Source: Raillietiella orientalis (lineage: Eukaryota). From it: DNA of 64,000 bases. The position numbers were made by a program, and so were the translations under genes. The stretch spans positions 3,596,001 through 3,660,000 of the forward strand of contig JAYWIR010000013.1 of assembly GCA_036172245.1 (NCBI GenBank). The letters are read 5' to 3'. A model generated the notes under the pieces. That model searched no databases and had not been told where the DNA came from. It saw only the letters and a list, made by a program, of their open reading frames with translations. Positions 24,581 through 37,583 of the stretch are shown piece by piece. Each line of letters opens with the position of its first letter. Position 1 is the stretch's first letter.

Positions 24581-26749
24581 GACGAGCGGAGGATGCTGCG
24601 TCTTCCTCGCGGGATGGCTCGCGGAAGACACCCAACGCAATCGATCGGCGCGAATCGAATTCTGCTCGGCGACGCAACAATGCGTGGCACCGACCGCCAT
24701 CCGAAGCGCTGGTCGGCGGCGCGGAGTTGACTTACGGCTCCATCGGCGCTGCAAATTGCACGAGGAAAGGGGGGGGGGGGATAGGGAAGGCACCCGCAAA
24801 TCCCGTGAGGTTGCCTTTTGTGTGTGTGCGAACGGCTCCCCCCGTCTTCCTGGTAACGCACGTTCCCTTCACGTGCGTTACCTTGGAGCTACGGAGTTTT
24901 CGCCGTTATGGTAAACGCGCGCGCGCGCGTGTGTGTGTGCGTGCGTCGGCCTTCCGATGTTCAGCCGCAACCTCCGCTTCCGCCCGTTGTGTGCTGCCCG
25001 CCCGTGCCCACAGCGTCTTTGAGCCCTCCTCCCGCGCTTGGGGCGCCCCGGCGCACCCGGGTGGCAACCCCGCACTTGGTGGTGGTCGTGGTGGTGGTGG
25101 TGGTGGACAGCTCGTGGAAAGAGAGACGCTTGCGGCAGGAGTCGGGTCCCGTGTTCCCTCCCCACTCGCGGCCCCATCCATTGCATTGTGTTTGGGCGCA
25201 GCGTCGGGCTAACTGGGTCGTTTGATTGGGAATCGGCCCTCGCTGCGTAAATGCATGGGTTCGTACTCCCAGAGTGCGGCACCCTTCGAGGTCCCCTCCT
25301 CCTCGCCATTGGTCTCCTTCCCTTTTCTCTTCCCCGTCCTTCTTCCTACAATTAGCCGGAGAGTAATTCCTTGCAAATGCGTTCAGTAACAGTCGGGCTT
25401 TCCCTGCGAGGAGTTGTGGGATATCGCAATACATCCCATTAACGAATTTCAGCGCAGTTGTCCTTTTATTTATTTATTTATTCGTCCTCCCGGAGGAAAG
25501 CTTCTGCTAAAGCCTGCGAATCCTCATCTTTGGAGATCGGTTCGAAGGAACGAAGATTCGGGCGCTCTTCTGTTCCTGAGACAGCTAGTGGGCGCTGCTT
25601 TGCCTTCCCGAGGGCGCCTTCCGCCTCCCCGGGATCATCATCTCGACCCGCCTGCGTTTCTTCCGGATGCCCTGCGTGGTGCGACGTCGTCTTTCCCATC
25701 CTGGTGGCGCCAGTTCCGAGGGGGAGGGGGGAACTCGGATGGGGTGCGGGGAGGACGAGAAACAACCTGGAAGGCGGCAGGCAGGCAGGCAGCCTGGAAG
25801 CGGTTGCCCGGAAGACCGTCGGAATTCCCCGATCCCGGATCGGAATCCGTCCCGACTCCCTCCCCGAGCGAAGCAGAGCGTCGAAAAGAGGAGATTTCCG
25901 CTCCCGGCTCGTTTCCGCTTGTGGACTTTGGCGCGTTCGGCCGGGTGCTTCACCTCGTGCACCTGGAAGAAAAAAAACACGGTTGCGGCCGTGCCAGGGT
26001 GGCTCGTGCGATCCGTGGAAAACCACCGGGCGTCCCGTTGGCGCCTGGGAAACGAATTCGAAGATCGGCAGGGGGTCTCTCGTCCGGACGTCGGCAGCAG
26101 CGTCGAGTCGCCGGCCCTTATTTTATTTTATTTTATTTTATTTCTTCTCGCTCCTCATTTTCGCATCATTGAGCCGCGTACCTCTCCTCTTCGCAATCAA
26201 GCAGCCTCCCCAAGAAAATCAAGCCTTTGTTCCCGAGCCCTCTCCAAGGCTTGAAGTACAGAAGAGCTTTTAAAACAAAAAAAAAAAGAGAGAGAGAGAG
26301 GAGAGAAAGGAGCGTTGCCTCGGCTACGACATGCCGGCGAGCCCTGAGAATCGCCGCGTGTTCCTTCCGCGGCGGATACCCCCAACGATTGTTGTTGTTA
26401 TTGTTGCAGACTGCCGCGCCGCGCCCCATTCGCGGCGCGGGAAATAAAAAAAGAACATCCGCGGTCGGCACGCCTTCCGAGGCGTTTCCTGGGGCAACGG
26501 TGGCATCGCAACAATGCGATAGCAATTATCGGGGGCGCGGAACCAAAGTCCCGAAGACTTCCCGTTGGCGCCCGGGTGGCAACGTGCCGCGGAGGAAGAC
26601 GGTCCGCTTCCGACTCGCCGACGCGTCCGCGTTCCCCACGTTGCCATGCCAGCCGACCGGGCAAGTCCAGTGCCACCACCACCCCCGTTAAGCTGTCTTC
26701 ACTCCGACTCGTAATATCCGCGCGCGCAAGCGTGTGTGTGGTGTGCGTG

Positions 26750-26870
26750 TGTTTTATCTATCCTTCATCGCGTTTGATGCTGTCGCAGATAAGAGCGAAA
26801 ACACCATTCCTCCTTATCTGCTGCATCACAGTACAGCATAATTTCGACATCTTCTTGCTTTATCAGCAGT
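26750..26870. promoter_or_regulatory. GATA-site cluster, candidate enhancer
   Basis: Four WGATAA sites in about 110 bp: TTATCT 26754, AGATAA 26787, TTATCT 26814, TTATCA 26860. Confidence 0.55.
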
Positions 26871-29800
26871 CGTGAGCTTTTTTAACTTCGCCCGGAATTG
26901 AATCATGCAGCGTCTGTACGTTTCCGAAGCGAACTGGAGCCTTCCCGATGGGCGACGGCAATTCCAGGTTTTGTGAGATCCCGGGTTTTTTTTTTTTTTT
27001 TCTTTGCTTTTTTGGTTTCCTTTTTTCTTTTTTTTTTTTTTTTTACTAAGCGTGACTCGCATGGTTTTTTTTTTTTTTCCGCCGGCGGCGCGGCGAGCGG
27101 ATCGCCGTCGGTGGACGCACTCGCGAGGTGCCTTTCCTCCTTCGTGCAGGAGAGAGATCGCCTTGGAAGACGCACATGCACGACGAGGCACCGAGAAGGG
27201 GTGTGAGAACCTCGGGAACGGCTTTCGAGTGGGCGCCGGGTTCCGTCGGGTGGAAACCGTCGTTCTCGCTCGCCCTCGGCGGGATGTCCATCTCGTCGAA
27301 GGCGTAGGGTGCCGCCCGGGGAACACGGGACCGTCGCAGCCAAACGGGTTTTTCTTTTTTTTCTTCTTTTTTTTCCGAGGCGGAGCCCTCGCCGTCCGTC
27401 GGTCCGAGTCCTTCGCGCCAACCGCGCAAAACACGCCACGTAGGTGAAGGGCGTTCTTCCAGAGAGGCACTCGACTCGGGTGGCATCTCCATGTCACCGC
27501 CGAAATCGATCGCCCAACCACCAGTCGCTCTTTCCTTTTTGTCCTCTGGGGGGCCTCTGCTGCGCGTTTCCGGCGCACCGCAACGAAGAACTCTTCGGGA
27601 ACGGACAGAAGGGGGAGACGGCGGCGGCGTCCAGAACGTGGCTCGTTCCTCCTTCCAGGGGACACCTTGCCGTTCGCGGCAGTACCCGAAATGGAGCGTG
27701 TGGTCCTGAGGGCGGTGATAGATCGATCCTCCGCTGTTCGTTCGGTTCGGCGTGTGGAGCGCGAGCGGGATGAGCATCAGCATGCGATCCCAATTACGAA
27801 TCGCAGAGATGCGAAGAAACGGCCGTTCTTGAACGCCGCGCGCGGGCAGCAAGCGAAGAGCCCACCCGGGGAGGCGCGTCGCAGCCACCCCTGCCCCACG
27901 GCGCGGAGCACACACCGCAGGGACCAATCGATGGACGCTCTCAGGATGAGAAGGGGAGGAGGGATCTGTTTTCCGATTGCTGCTGCTGCTGCTGCTGCTG
28001 CTGTCGCCCGTAATGAATTCCGCACTCTCCTTCATTTGTGCTAATTGGATTACATCCTGCCTTCTTCTTCTTCTTCCTCTTCCTCTTCTTAGAAGCACTA
28101 GAAAGTCCATTAGAGTTTTTCCGGAAGACTCCATCCGTTCTTGTATGAACGTCTTCGCAGGTGGCAAGGAGGGGGGTCGACACTGCGCGGCGGTGCCCTT
28201 CGCAGGATGACGACGATCGACCCTCGACCTCCCTGGAACAGGGTTCTGGAGGAATGCAGACCGGGCGAGGAGGACCGGACTCTCCCATCAGGGTCCTCGG
28301 CTGCTGCCACTGCTGAGGAAGAGGAAGTGAAAGAAGAGGTCCCTACTCGGTACAGCTGGAAAATTCCTGTGAGGGCGGAACAACCGTGGGTGCCCCGTCC
28401 CCATTCCTTCCTCCTCAGCAGCAGCGGCAGCCGGGGTCCTCGTGCCGACCGTGGCTGCGGTCTTTCCGCGCTTGCGGTGCCAAGCGTCGCGGGTTCGAAT
28501 CCCCTCCCGAGGGAACGACCGACGCCGAGAAGTGGGGGGCTCCTCGTGAGTTCCAACTCTTCCCTCGTCTTACGCAGGACGCCGCCGCCGAGAAGTGGGG
28601 ATGCATCGTGGGTTCCGACCCCTTCCCCCCTCCTTCCGCCGGTCGGCCTGTAGGCTTCAGGTGCAGCACCGGTTCCTTCCTCCCCGTCCCACGGCTCATG
28701 GGGGGTTCTGAACTTCTCCGGTTCCTGACTACAAGAGCCATTCCTGTTCCTGCAGCACGCCGAGCACTCCGAAGCCTCGGTGAGGCGACCGCCGGCCATT
28801 ACGGGAACCATTCGGTCGAGACGCAGCAGGAATGATTTTTCCGGGATCTCCGAGAGCGCTTGCGCTGGCGACGAGGAGAGACCGCTAAAAATAGCGGTTG
28901 CCCTCCGCCTTCTGGCGACGCGCTTCCGTTGCTTGGCAGGAAATTTGCGCGGCAACGAGGAGGCCTCCGAGTTCCGGATCCCCTCCCCCCCTCTCGAGTC
29001 TCCTCCTCTGCGCTGCCGTTTCGCAGAACGGTCGGCGGGCGCCCCCATTCCAAACCGGGATCGAACACCCTTCCTTGAGCTCCTTCGGGAGCAACGTCCC
29101 CGGCCCCCTCGGTCATCCGGGGACTCCGCCCCCTGCCATCACGATCTACGCGTCAGCTCCAGGCCCGCCACCCCCGCTCCTGAAAGCACTCCGAGCCACC
29201 TCGGACCTCTCTCTCCTCCCTCCCGTTCAGCCGACGCAGCCTCCCGTCCGGCGGAGGGGACGCGGGCGCGCTCCCGAGCGGAACGCAAGAAGTGGAACGG
29301 CGCGGGAGGCGAAGCGCCGCCCGCGGCGCTCGGGAGCGCCTCACGCCGCTCCGATTCTGGAACCACCTCCCTTTCCGCTGCCCCGTCCCACGGCGCGTGG
29401 GGAACCCTGAGCATCTCCGGTTTGGACCGCGACCCACGCAGCGGAACGGCTGCGCACTCCTGGCGGCGGGCACGCGAACCGCGCGGGAGGAGGAGGGACG
29501 GACGTTCGGCACTCCGGGGTGGGGGCAGCACGGCGGATGGCCCTTCGGCACCTGCCGGGCCAACCCTCGTGACTCGGGAGGGCAGAACTGCGCGTGGGCG
29601 GACTCTGCGGATCGCCCGCACGGCTGCGGTGTCGGGGAGTCGTGGGCCCGAATTCCTCCGGAAAATGGGATTTGTAGGACGACGTTTGTTGGAATTCGGG
29701 TGCCCTCGTCGACTGGCTGGGATTGGAATTCGGCCCTCCGGGTCCTTTCAGACACCAAGGAGCGGAGAAGGCGCTCGCCTTCTCCCCTCGGGGGGAGACC

Positions 29801-32800
29801 CTTCATCGCGTGACCTGCAACTGGCTGACAGCACCCTTGGGGAGTTGCATCTCCGACTGCTACAGAAGCATTGTGTTCCTTCCGGGAATCGTCCCTTCGG
29901 GGGTTCTTTTCAAAGCGGATCCTTTCCGGGAGTCCCTCTGGAGTAGAAATTCCAGGAGAGGTTGCCATTCTTCCTGGGAATTCCTCCTGAGAGAATGAGG
30001 AACGCTTCCTCTGGAGCCTCCTTCGATTCAATAAGGTGATCGCTCCTGGGTTGCTCCTTATAACTCGAGTTAGCTCCCTATAGCTACGCCACCTGAGGAG
30101 GCGGTTACTCCCCCTCGAGTGGCGTGGACCACGTCAATGACATCATGGCCCCCCTCCCACTCCTTCCCGTAGAGGCGAGCGGCTCTTCGGCAAACCGAAA
30201 AAGGTGAGAGAAAAAAAGGGAGCTGGAGGGGGGACCTTGTTCCTCCGGGACGGCGGGAGGAACCCCGACGCGCCCTCCTCCCGACCAGCTCGCATGCTCC
30301 TATGTGGAGATGCGGACCAGGCCGGATGCTGCCGCACCCGCTCCAGTATCGCCGCTTCCCCGCTCCCCTCCTTCTCCTCCGTCCCGAACACGGAGGAAGA
30401 CCAGAGAGGAAGAGAAGTCTCTTCGCGTCCTTTTTTTTTTCCCGGAGGATGCGGGAGTCAGGCGCGCTCCTCTGCACACGGCCGCCTAATTTTCCGACGG
30501 ATGAATTCCAGAACCGGCGGGAATTATTTATGGAACATCAATACCCTTTTGGGGGGGAGGGGGGGGGAAATTAAAAAAACTCATCAAAGTTTAAGGGAGT
30601 CGCGCAGCCACCGGAGGTCTTGCGGGGAGGGGAGTCATCCGGAGATGATTTCATCTGGAGGAGGAAGGGGGAATGGCAGAACGATTCCCAGGCAGGGAAG
30701 ACGCGCTGCGGAAGCGCGGTGGCGCATCCAGCCGCGCGGAATGGCGCTGTCCGTGTGACGGCACTGTTCGGGGACGAGGGCGACGCTCCACATGAGCGCC
30801 TAGAGAGAGTGTCGTGGAGCTGCCGCCGCTGGCGGCGGGGAACAGGCGAGGAGGAGGTGCCCTTCGCGTGGACAGCGCCTCCCTGACCCTTCCTGCCCCG
30901 CCAGTCACTCCGGGACGGAACGCCGCTTTCTGGACGTGGAGGTTTCGGTCCCGGCGGCGGAAGGAAGCAATTCGGCTTGGCCGGCTTCCATCGGACCCCT
31001 GACCCGCCCCCTACGCTGCGGGAGGGTCGCTGGCAGCGTGGGGGTGTCCGCGGAAGAGTACTCTCTTTGACCGGTGCCGCTGCTGCCGCACCAGTCCAAA
31101 GTGGGGCGCGCCCGGCCGGTCCCCGGTTCCCACGGGACCCGGTGGTGCTTCCGGGCGTCACCGCAAGCCAACGCCCCTCCTTTTCCCCCTCCCCTTGCGC
31201 ACGGGATGCGTGAGAGGGTTCCCGTCGTTCGCTCACCGCCCCCGGAAAGCCTGCTTTCCTGCTCTCGCCTAGTAATGCGGTCAGTCGGGGTGGGGGCAGG
31301 AGAGAGGGGAGCGAAGCGAAGCCTGGAAGGGACTCCTGGAAGGTCTCCCGTAACGGCCGAGGGGACCCGCATCATTTTTCCTCTTCCGCCTCCTCTACTG
31401 CTTTTGACTGAGGGCCGACCACCACCCTTTCCTCCAGCCACGCACCGCAGGACCCTCCGATCTGCGAGGACCCTGCGGCGGCCCGTAGCCCGCTGATCGG
31501 TTCGGCCACCTTGCTATCCCACGGGTCCACCTACCTCCTGCCCCCTTTGCCGCCGCCACCGCCACCCGCGTGCTCCTTTCCATGCACCGTGCTCTCCCCT
31601 GGAGTCCCGCGACCCTTCCCGCCAATCGCGGAGGGCCGCCTGCCTCCCATGCGCCTCCTGCATTAAAAAAATATCCCTCCGCACTCCTCTCCTCCCTCGC
31701 TGCACATTGAAATTGGCCTAATCCCGCGTTCATGAATAATTCGGAATCAGGGAGGACGTCCCGGGGGCAGGCAGGATCACTTTATTGCACGCTTGGATTC
31801 GACCGGATGGAGGAGCTGCCGCGCGTCCGCCCGCCCGCTCTGCGCGGGATGGATGGCACGGCCTTCCCTCCCCCCCCCCTTCCCTTCCTCGCCGTCTGTC
31901 CCCTGCCCGCGGGAGGGGAAAGGGGAGGAAGGAAGGGGAAGCGAGGGGGAGAGGCTCCAGAAAGGCCGATCGAAAGGCGGCAGCCGCATTCCCTGCGCTG
32001 GAGTCTCATTTTCGTTTGGGGCCGGGATCTCTCCTGCCGTTCCCTTCAACCGCTTCCCCGCCTGTCGGCTCGCCGTTGCCGTGGACCCGACTCCCGGCCG
32101 CGCACAGGAACGTCGGGGGAGCGAGGGGAGAAGGGGCGCCGCCACCAGGTCGTCTCGGTGAGCTCCCAGATGCCACCACGAGGACGCATCGTCCCCCCCC
32201 CCCGCCTCCTTCCTCCTTTCTTTTCCTCTTCCTCCTCCTCCTGCTACCACCGACACCGATCTCCATTGTCGCCATCGCCAAGGTCCTCCTCGTCCGTCGT
32301 GCCCGCATGCGACCCACGAGGATTCGTCCGAGTCCCCCCCCCCTCCCCACCTGCGGTCCGCTTTCATCCTCCGGAACCCCTGCGTTAAGGGTCGGGAGGG
32401 GGAGTGGAGAAGGAAGGATCTCGGGTACGACGCGGTCCCTGGTCTCCCGGGGCAGCGGAGGGGTCTGCGGGAGGGAACGACGCTGTCCGTCCTCAGCCGT
32501 GGTCGGAGCGGACAGCGCGACCTGGGGCGGTGGGGAGGGCCGATGGCACCGGGAAGTCACTTGACCTCGAAGCGGAAGAAGGACTGTCGGCAGGTCCGGA
32601 AGAGACGTGCAGCCCCCGCGGTTTCCAGCGGAGGGAGCGACGCTTCCCGGAAGAGGACCTATCCCCGTCTCCCCGACACGGGCCCCCGAGGCGGGGCCCG
32701 TATCCACGGAGACGCGTGGTGCCCTGCCTCCCGGCGAGGCAGGGAGAAAAGTTTGCGAGCTTTCCTCCGGAAATAAGCCGACCCGCGTCCCCAGTCCCTT

Positions 32801-32837
32801 TCCCTCTTCCCGATCTTCCCCGTCTCTCGGAAGGGGG

Positions 32838-32838
<1 letters not shown>

Positions 32839-32869
<31 letters not shown>

Positions 32870-32888
32870 TGCTGCTGCTGCTGCTGTT
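32839..32888. repeat. Compound (GCC)n(GCT)n trinucleotide repeat
   Basis: A run of GCC units followed directly by GCT units; similar triplet runs at about 13800-13985, 17518-17550 and 27978-28003. Confidence 0.85.
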
Positions 32889-33119
32889 GGCGCCGTCCAC
32901 GCGGAAGGTGGGAGGCAACACCACAGCAAACGACCCTCGCGCGCGCGTCTGCCCCACCCGCCCACTTCAGCCCCGCGGCAGCACACCGACGGCCCGGTGG
33001 GTTCTTCAGCTGCAGGTGCCCACCTCCCCCGCCCCCTCACCGTCCTGAGCGAACCCGGCGCACGCCTGCGCCACCTTGAGGGCGGGCACTGTCCAGCAGG
33101 CACCGCGCGGTCCCCCCTG

Positions 33120-33490
33120 CCGGCCTTTAATGAAAATGAGAAGCGTCCGTCCGCCGCCCCCTCCCCATTTTCCCAATCTTCCTCGCAACGCGTCTCCACG
33201 ATACATAAAGCGTAAGAAATTATGTTTGCCCGGCAATATTTGCCCAAGGGTTTTTAGTGCCTTCATCTTTGCTGGACCAACACGCTCTGTTTGTATTGGC
33301 TCGTAATTGATTCGATTAATTAATTTTCCACTTTTTTTTTTTTTTTTCCTATTTTCCTTCCCCGCCTCTCCCCTCCACCTTCCCCGTCCTCCTCCCTCCT
33401 CAGCAGTGACCTTCCCATTCTCCGGAGAAGGAAAAATCGCTCCCAATTGACGCGGGAGCGCGGCTCGTAACCAAGTAATTAGCCCGAGCG
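33120..33490. promoter_or_regulatory. Forkhead plus homeodomain site cluster, candidate enhancer
   Basis: TGTTTGC 33223, TATTTGC 33237, TGTTTGT 33288, TAATTGATT 33304, TTAATTAA 33316 and GTAATTAG near 33475, in an AT-rich island. Confidence 0.5.
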
Positions 33491-33618
33491 CCGGCGGCAG
33501 GCGCGCGGCAGCAGCAGCGCATCCGCTCGGCGATAAGCGGGACTGCGGCGGCAGGCAAAGGGAGGAGCCGTCGTCGTCGTCGTCGTGGTCGTCGTCGCGG
33601 GCTGTCACGCCTTATCGC

Positions 33619-33643
33619 CGCGCGCGCGCGCGCGCGCGCGCGC
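33619..33643. repeat. (CG)12 alternating dinucleotide run, potential Z-DNA
   Basis: Perfect CG alternation seen directly; shorter runs near 17276-17292, 23697-23709, 24916-24929 and 41523-41537. Confidence 0.85.
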
Positions 33644-36600
33644 CCGAGTCACTCGCTCGGGCACATATCGCCTGGAGCGGATCGAGTAGGCGCGACGATG
33701 GACGGTCGCCGCGCGTGCGCGCGCGCATGCGGCGGAGGAGGCGACCTCCCCCCCGTGCCGTGGCACACGCGCGCACGCCCGACCCGGAGGTGTTCCCGGA
33801 ACATCTTTCCCCGAGCGGGTGCGCGCCCCTGGTTCTTCCGTATCTGCCCGCGCACGTCGTCTCGCTGCATGCGGCCGGGGCAGGGGCGCCTGAGGGCACG
33901 GCGCGCGGGAACGTCCGAACGCTCCATCCCCCAGGAACGGGGTCTTCCAACCACGGCGATCGCCCCTACAATCATGGGGGCGTGCTCCCTTCGCCGTCGA
34001 GGGACGCGAGGAGGAGGCGCTGGCGGTGGTGCTGGCTCGCAGTCTTCCCACGCAGCGTCCTTTAGCGCGTGCCGCCCGTGTGGACTGCCGGGAGGGCAGG
34101 TCGCCACCATCGCAACGGGCGGAAACTGCCTGCCTCCGTCTCACGCGGAGAGGCATCTGCGCCCTCCTCCGCAGCTTCATTGCTGATTGGCTGACTGGCG
34201 AGCGGTTTCCTGTCGCTTCTCGAATCCGATGGTCGCTGCGCCTGAGGGCACCTCTCTCACCTGCTCTCACCCTCCCCCCCTCTCTCTTCCTCCCTGTCCT
34301 CCCACCTCCGATCCCCGCTCCGCATCTCTCACGCCCTTTGCTGGGCGGACGAGAGGTCGCAAACGCCGGGGTGTCGCTGTTGACCGAGGAGCGAAACCCT
34401 CGCGAACTCGGGGCAGAGGCCGCGACGCGGAAGGTCAGCGGCTCTTCTGGAGGTCCTCGGCCACTCGGGCGGCTCCGCTCCGGGGAAAAAGCGTATCCTC
34501 TCTTTCGTATCCCATTCCTGCACTGCCACAGTCCCCCCCCCCCCTTCCTCTCCCTTGCAGTCTGCATTCGGTCATCCATCGCCGCAGGGGAAATGGTCGT
34601 GCTCCCTTGTGAAGGTGCCCGTCTGGCCACTCCTCCATCTCGCCTCTCTCCCCCACACAGCCAGAAGCGAGTTAGTAGCCACGGTGTTCTTCCTCGCCGG
34701 AGACCCGTCCTGTCGTCCACGCAGCAGGCATGTCGGGAGGGCTCCCCGGTTTCGGTGCGCTCCCTGCGGGGCGCCACGATGGTGGGCGGGAAAGAAGACG
34801 CTGGCCATGATGTTTGTCGCAGTTTGCCCTCTTCCGGCGGCTGCCATGATGATCGGCTTCTCTTCCTGTCGTCTCCTCCCTGTCCCCTTCCTGCAGATGC
34901 ACGGCACGTTTCAGGAGAGGACGGGAGGCGCCGCAGAGCGGGTTGCCTTTGGAAACTGACCTCTTCTTGCGGCGGTCCTTTTGTGGCCCCTCGTTTTTCG
35001 CTAAGAGTCAGCCGGTTCGCACTCTTCGGCCTCCCACCCACACCTCCCTCCGTTTCCCTGGGAAACGCGCACGAGGGTCCCCTCCTCCTCTTTTCCCCGA
35101 AAATCGTCCCACGACGCGCACTCCGGGGTGCTCCGGAGGAACGGCTCGAGGGTGCGACTGCGCTCCTTTGCTCCATCCCCCTGCGGGAACCCTGCTGGAG
35201 GGATGCTCTGTGGAGTCTCTTCCGATCTCCTGAGTGGTGCTAAAAACCCTCGCAGCGCGCGAAAAAACCATCCCAGCTACCAAGGAAACAGTCCCTCTTC
35301 CCCTGCCGTTTTTCAGCAGCAGCAGTTAGCAGCTTCCTCTTCTTTTTCTTTTTCTCTTCCTCTTTTTCTCTTCCTTCTGTTCCTCTTCTTCCCCGTCTCC
35401 CCTTTCTATTCCTCCCAACATCACCCACCCCCACTGACCCTTTCTCCCTCTGTGGTCTTTTCGCCGTCAACTCCGAGATGCGCGTGGCAGCGGATGGCGC
35501 TTCTCTGGAATGACCACGGAGCTCTCAGGCGCATGCCAAAGGGCAAGCAGCTGCACAGCTGTACGAGATGTTGGTGTTTCCTTAGCCTCCCTCCGGGTCG
35601 CGGCCATGGAGACCATGCGGATAGCAGGCACGAGGGCATGACCGCTCAATAGAGGAGCAGAATAGGGATGAGGTTCTTTGTCTTTTCGATGGGACGGTAT
35701 CTCGAGAAGAGGGAGAGAAAGAGATGAAAAGACGAGGAGAACGGGGAAGAAGAGAAGAGGAGGTGGAAGAAAAGAGGAGAGGAGGCAGGAAGGCTGGTGG
35801 CAAGAGGAATCACCTCCTGGACCTCACTTCTCGTCTCCAAGGCCATCTGCAACCTAATTGCACCGCGGGTTCTTCCTGGCGTTTGTTTCCCTGAGCTTCC
35901 CTTGGGCAATCCCTGTTCTGTCCCTTCCCCTGTCTCCGCCTCGGCCAGTGTCCCTTCACCCCTGATTCGAGTGTGTCCTAGCGACTGAGGTGGCACCCAG
36001 GAACTCCAGAAACCTGGAAACAGGCGCCGAAGTGCCATAGCGACTCGTGGGCGTCACCTTCTGGCTCTGTGGCGCCTCTTCGCGCCTCCCCTCCTTCAGC
36101 GAACGAAGGGCAGGCCCCAGGCAGCTCTGGGAAGTGGTGCTCACCTCCTGCGGAACACGTGAGGGCTCTCTCTGGAATGTGCCCCGAGGTCGTCCACTTT
36201 CAGAGAGCGGAATGGAGCACTGGCAGAGAACGCGGTGTCAACCGCCCCGAACTGCGGCAGGTTGCGCGCTCGTTCCCGGGAAGGGGCGGAGGAGCCAACG
36301 GTCCGGACCCATCTTCGGAAGGCCCGGAGGGACTCCCTGAAGTGGAGTTTACGTAGACGGATTCATCCCGCCTCTGCCTCCTCCTCAAGGGAGAGACGAG
36401 CATCCCCCCCCGCCTTGGCCCCCTGACCGTCAGGACCACCCGTAACCGTCTTTGCCCGGGTCTTCGGAGCTCCTCGACTCCCGCTCGTGGTCAGCTGGTT
36501 CGACTCTTCAGCCTTCCACCCGCATCTCATCCCGTTTCCCCGAGGGTCCCCCCTCTTCCTTCCTTGTCTTTTTCCCAAGAGACGCTCCACGACGCCCCTC

Positions 36601-37522
36601 CGGGGTGCGCCAGAGAAACGGCCCGAGGTTGCAGCTGCGCTTTGTTGCTCTGGCGACCCCTCCTCCCCCAGTACCTCTGCTGAAGGGACGCTCTTCGTTC
36701 CTCCCGTGTTGGGTCGGGAGGACCTCTAGGTGGCGAGCGACGAGCGCGGGAGGCTCCGCGCGTGGTGGCCCTGGAGACGGAAGGCGGCTGTTGCACCGGG
36801 AGGGTCTGTCCGCGGAGACTGCTCCATCCCTTCCTTCCTTCCCCTCCTCTTCTCTGCCAGGTGTCCGCACCCCGCGGGACCTGAGCTTGGGGCGGCGACG
36901 CTCCTGCACCTTCCTCCCCCCTCCCCCGGCTTCCGGAGAGGAAGGAGTGGCTCCCAGGGAGCTACCCCGTGCTCCGGACAGCATCCGGTTTTTACGCATC
37001 CGCAGCCTACCAGCAACGTTGCTTGGCAACGGGAAGCTCCCGCAACGCAGCGTCCCCTGGTGGCAGCCGCCTCCTTCCTTGTGGCTCCCTCGGCCTCGCT
37101 TCCGCACATGCGCGTGGAGGGGTGGGGACGAGGGGAGCGACCCGGAGCTAGCTGGACTAGCAGTCCCTGCCGCTGCTGCTGCTGCGTCCGCGGCTCATTC
37201 AGGTGAGGTTTCTCCAGGGTCGCCCTGGCGGGGCGAGGAAGAGGGCGCGTTCCAACAGGCGTCGCTCGGCAACTTCCTCCTCGTCTTCTCCCCCGACGAC
37301 TCCTGCGCCATGGAAACGGCGGGAGGAAACTCACCCCTATCTGAAGGAGCCACGACCTTTCCGTGGACCAGGGAAGAGGTCCTCCGCGCGTTCCCCGGCG
37401 GCGGCGGCTCCCGAAGGCAGCGGTGGGGCTGGGCGGACGGACCGGCTGCGGAGCCCTCAGCCCCCCCTCGCGGCGTGGGCGGAGGAATTCAGAGGAGCGG
37501 GGGGAAGTCGCGCCCGGCGGCG

Positions 37523-37583
37523 CAGATAACCCTTATCTGGGCGTTCTCCGGGATGGCGGCGGCGGCGGCTCTTCCTCTGATAA
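37523..37583. promoter_or_regulatory. Palindromic double GATA plus a third GATA site
   Basis: CAGATAA-CCC-TTATCTG (37523-37539) and TGATAA (37578-37583). Confidence 0.5.

Noticed and set aside
27730..27775. miR-375-like string CTGTTCGTTCGGTTCGGCGTG
   Set aside because: Seed mismatch and no convincing precursor hairpin with the string on the expected arm.
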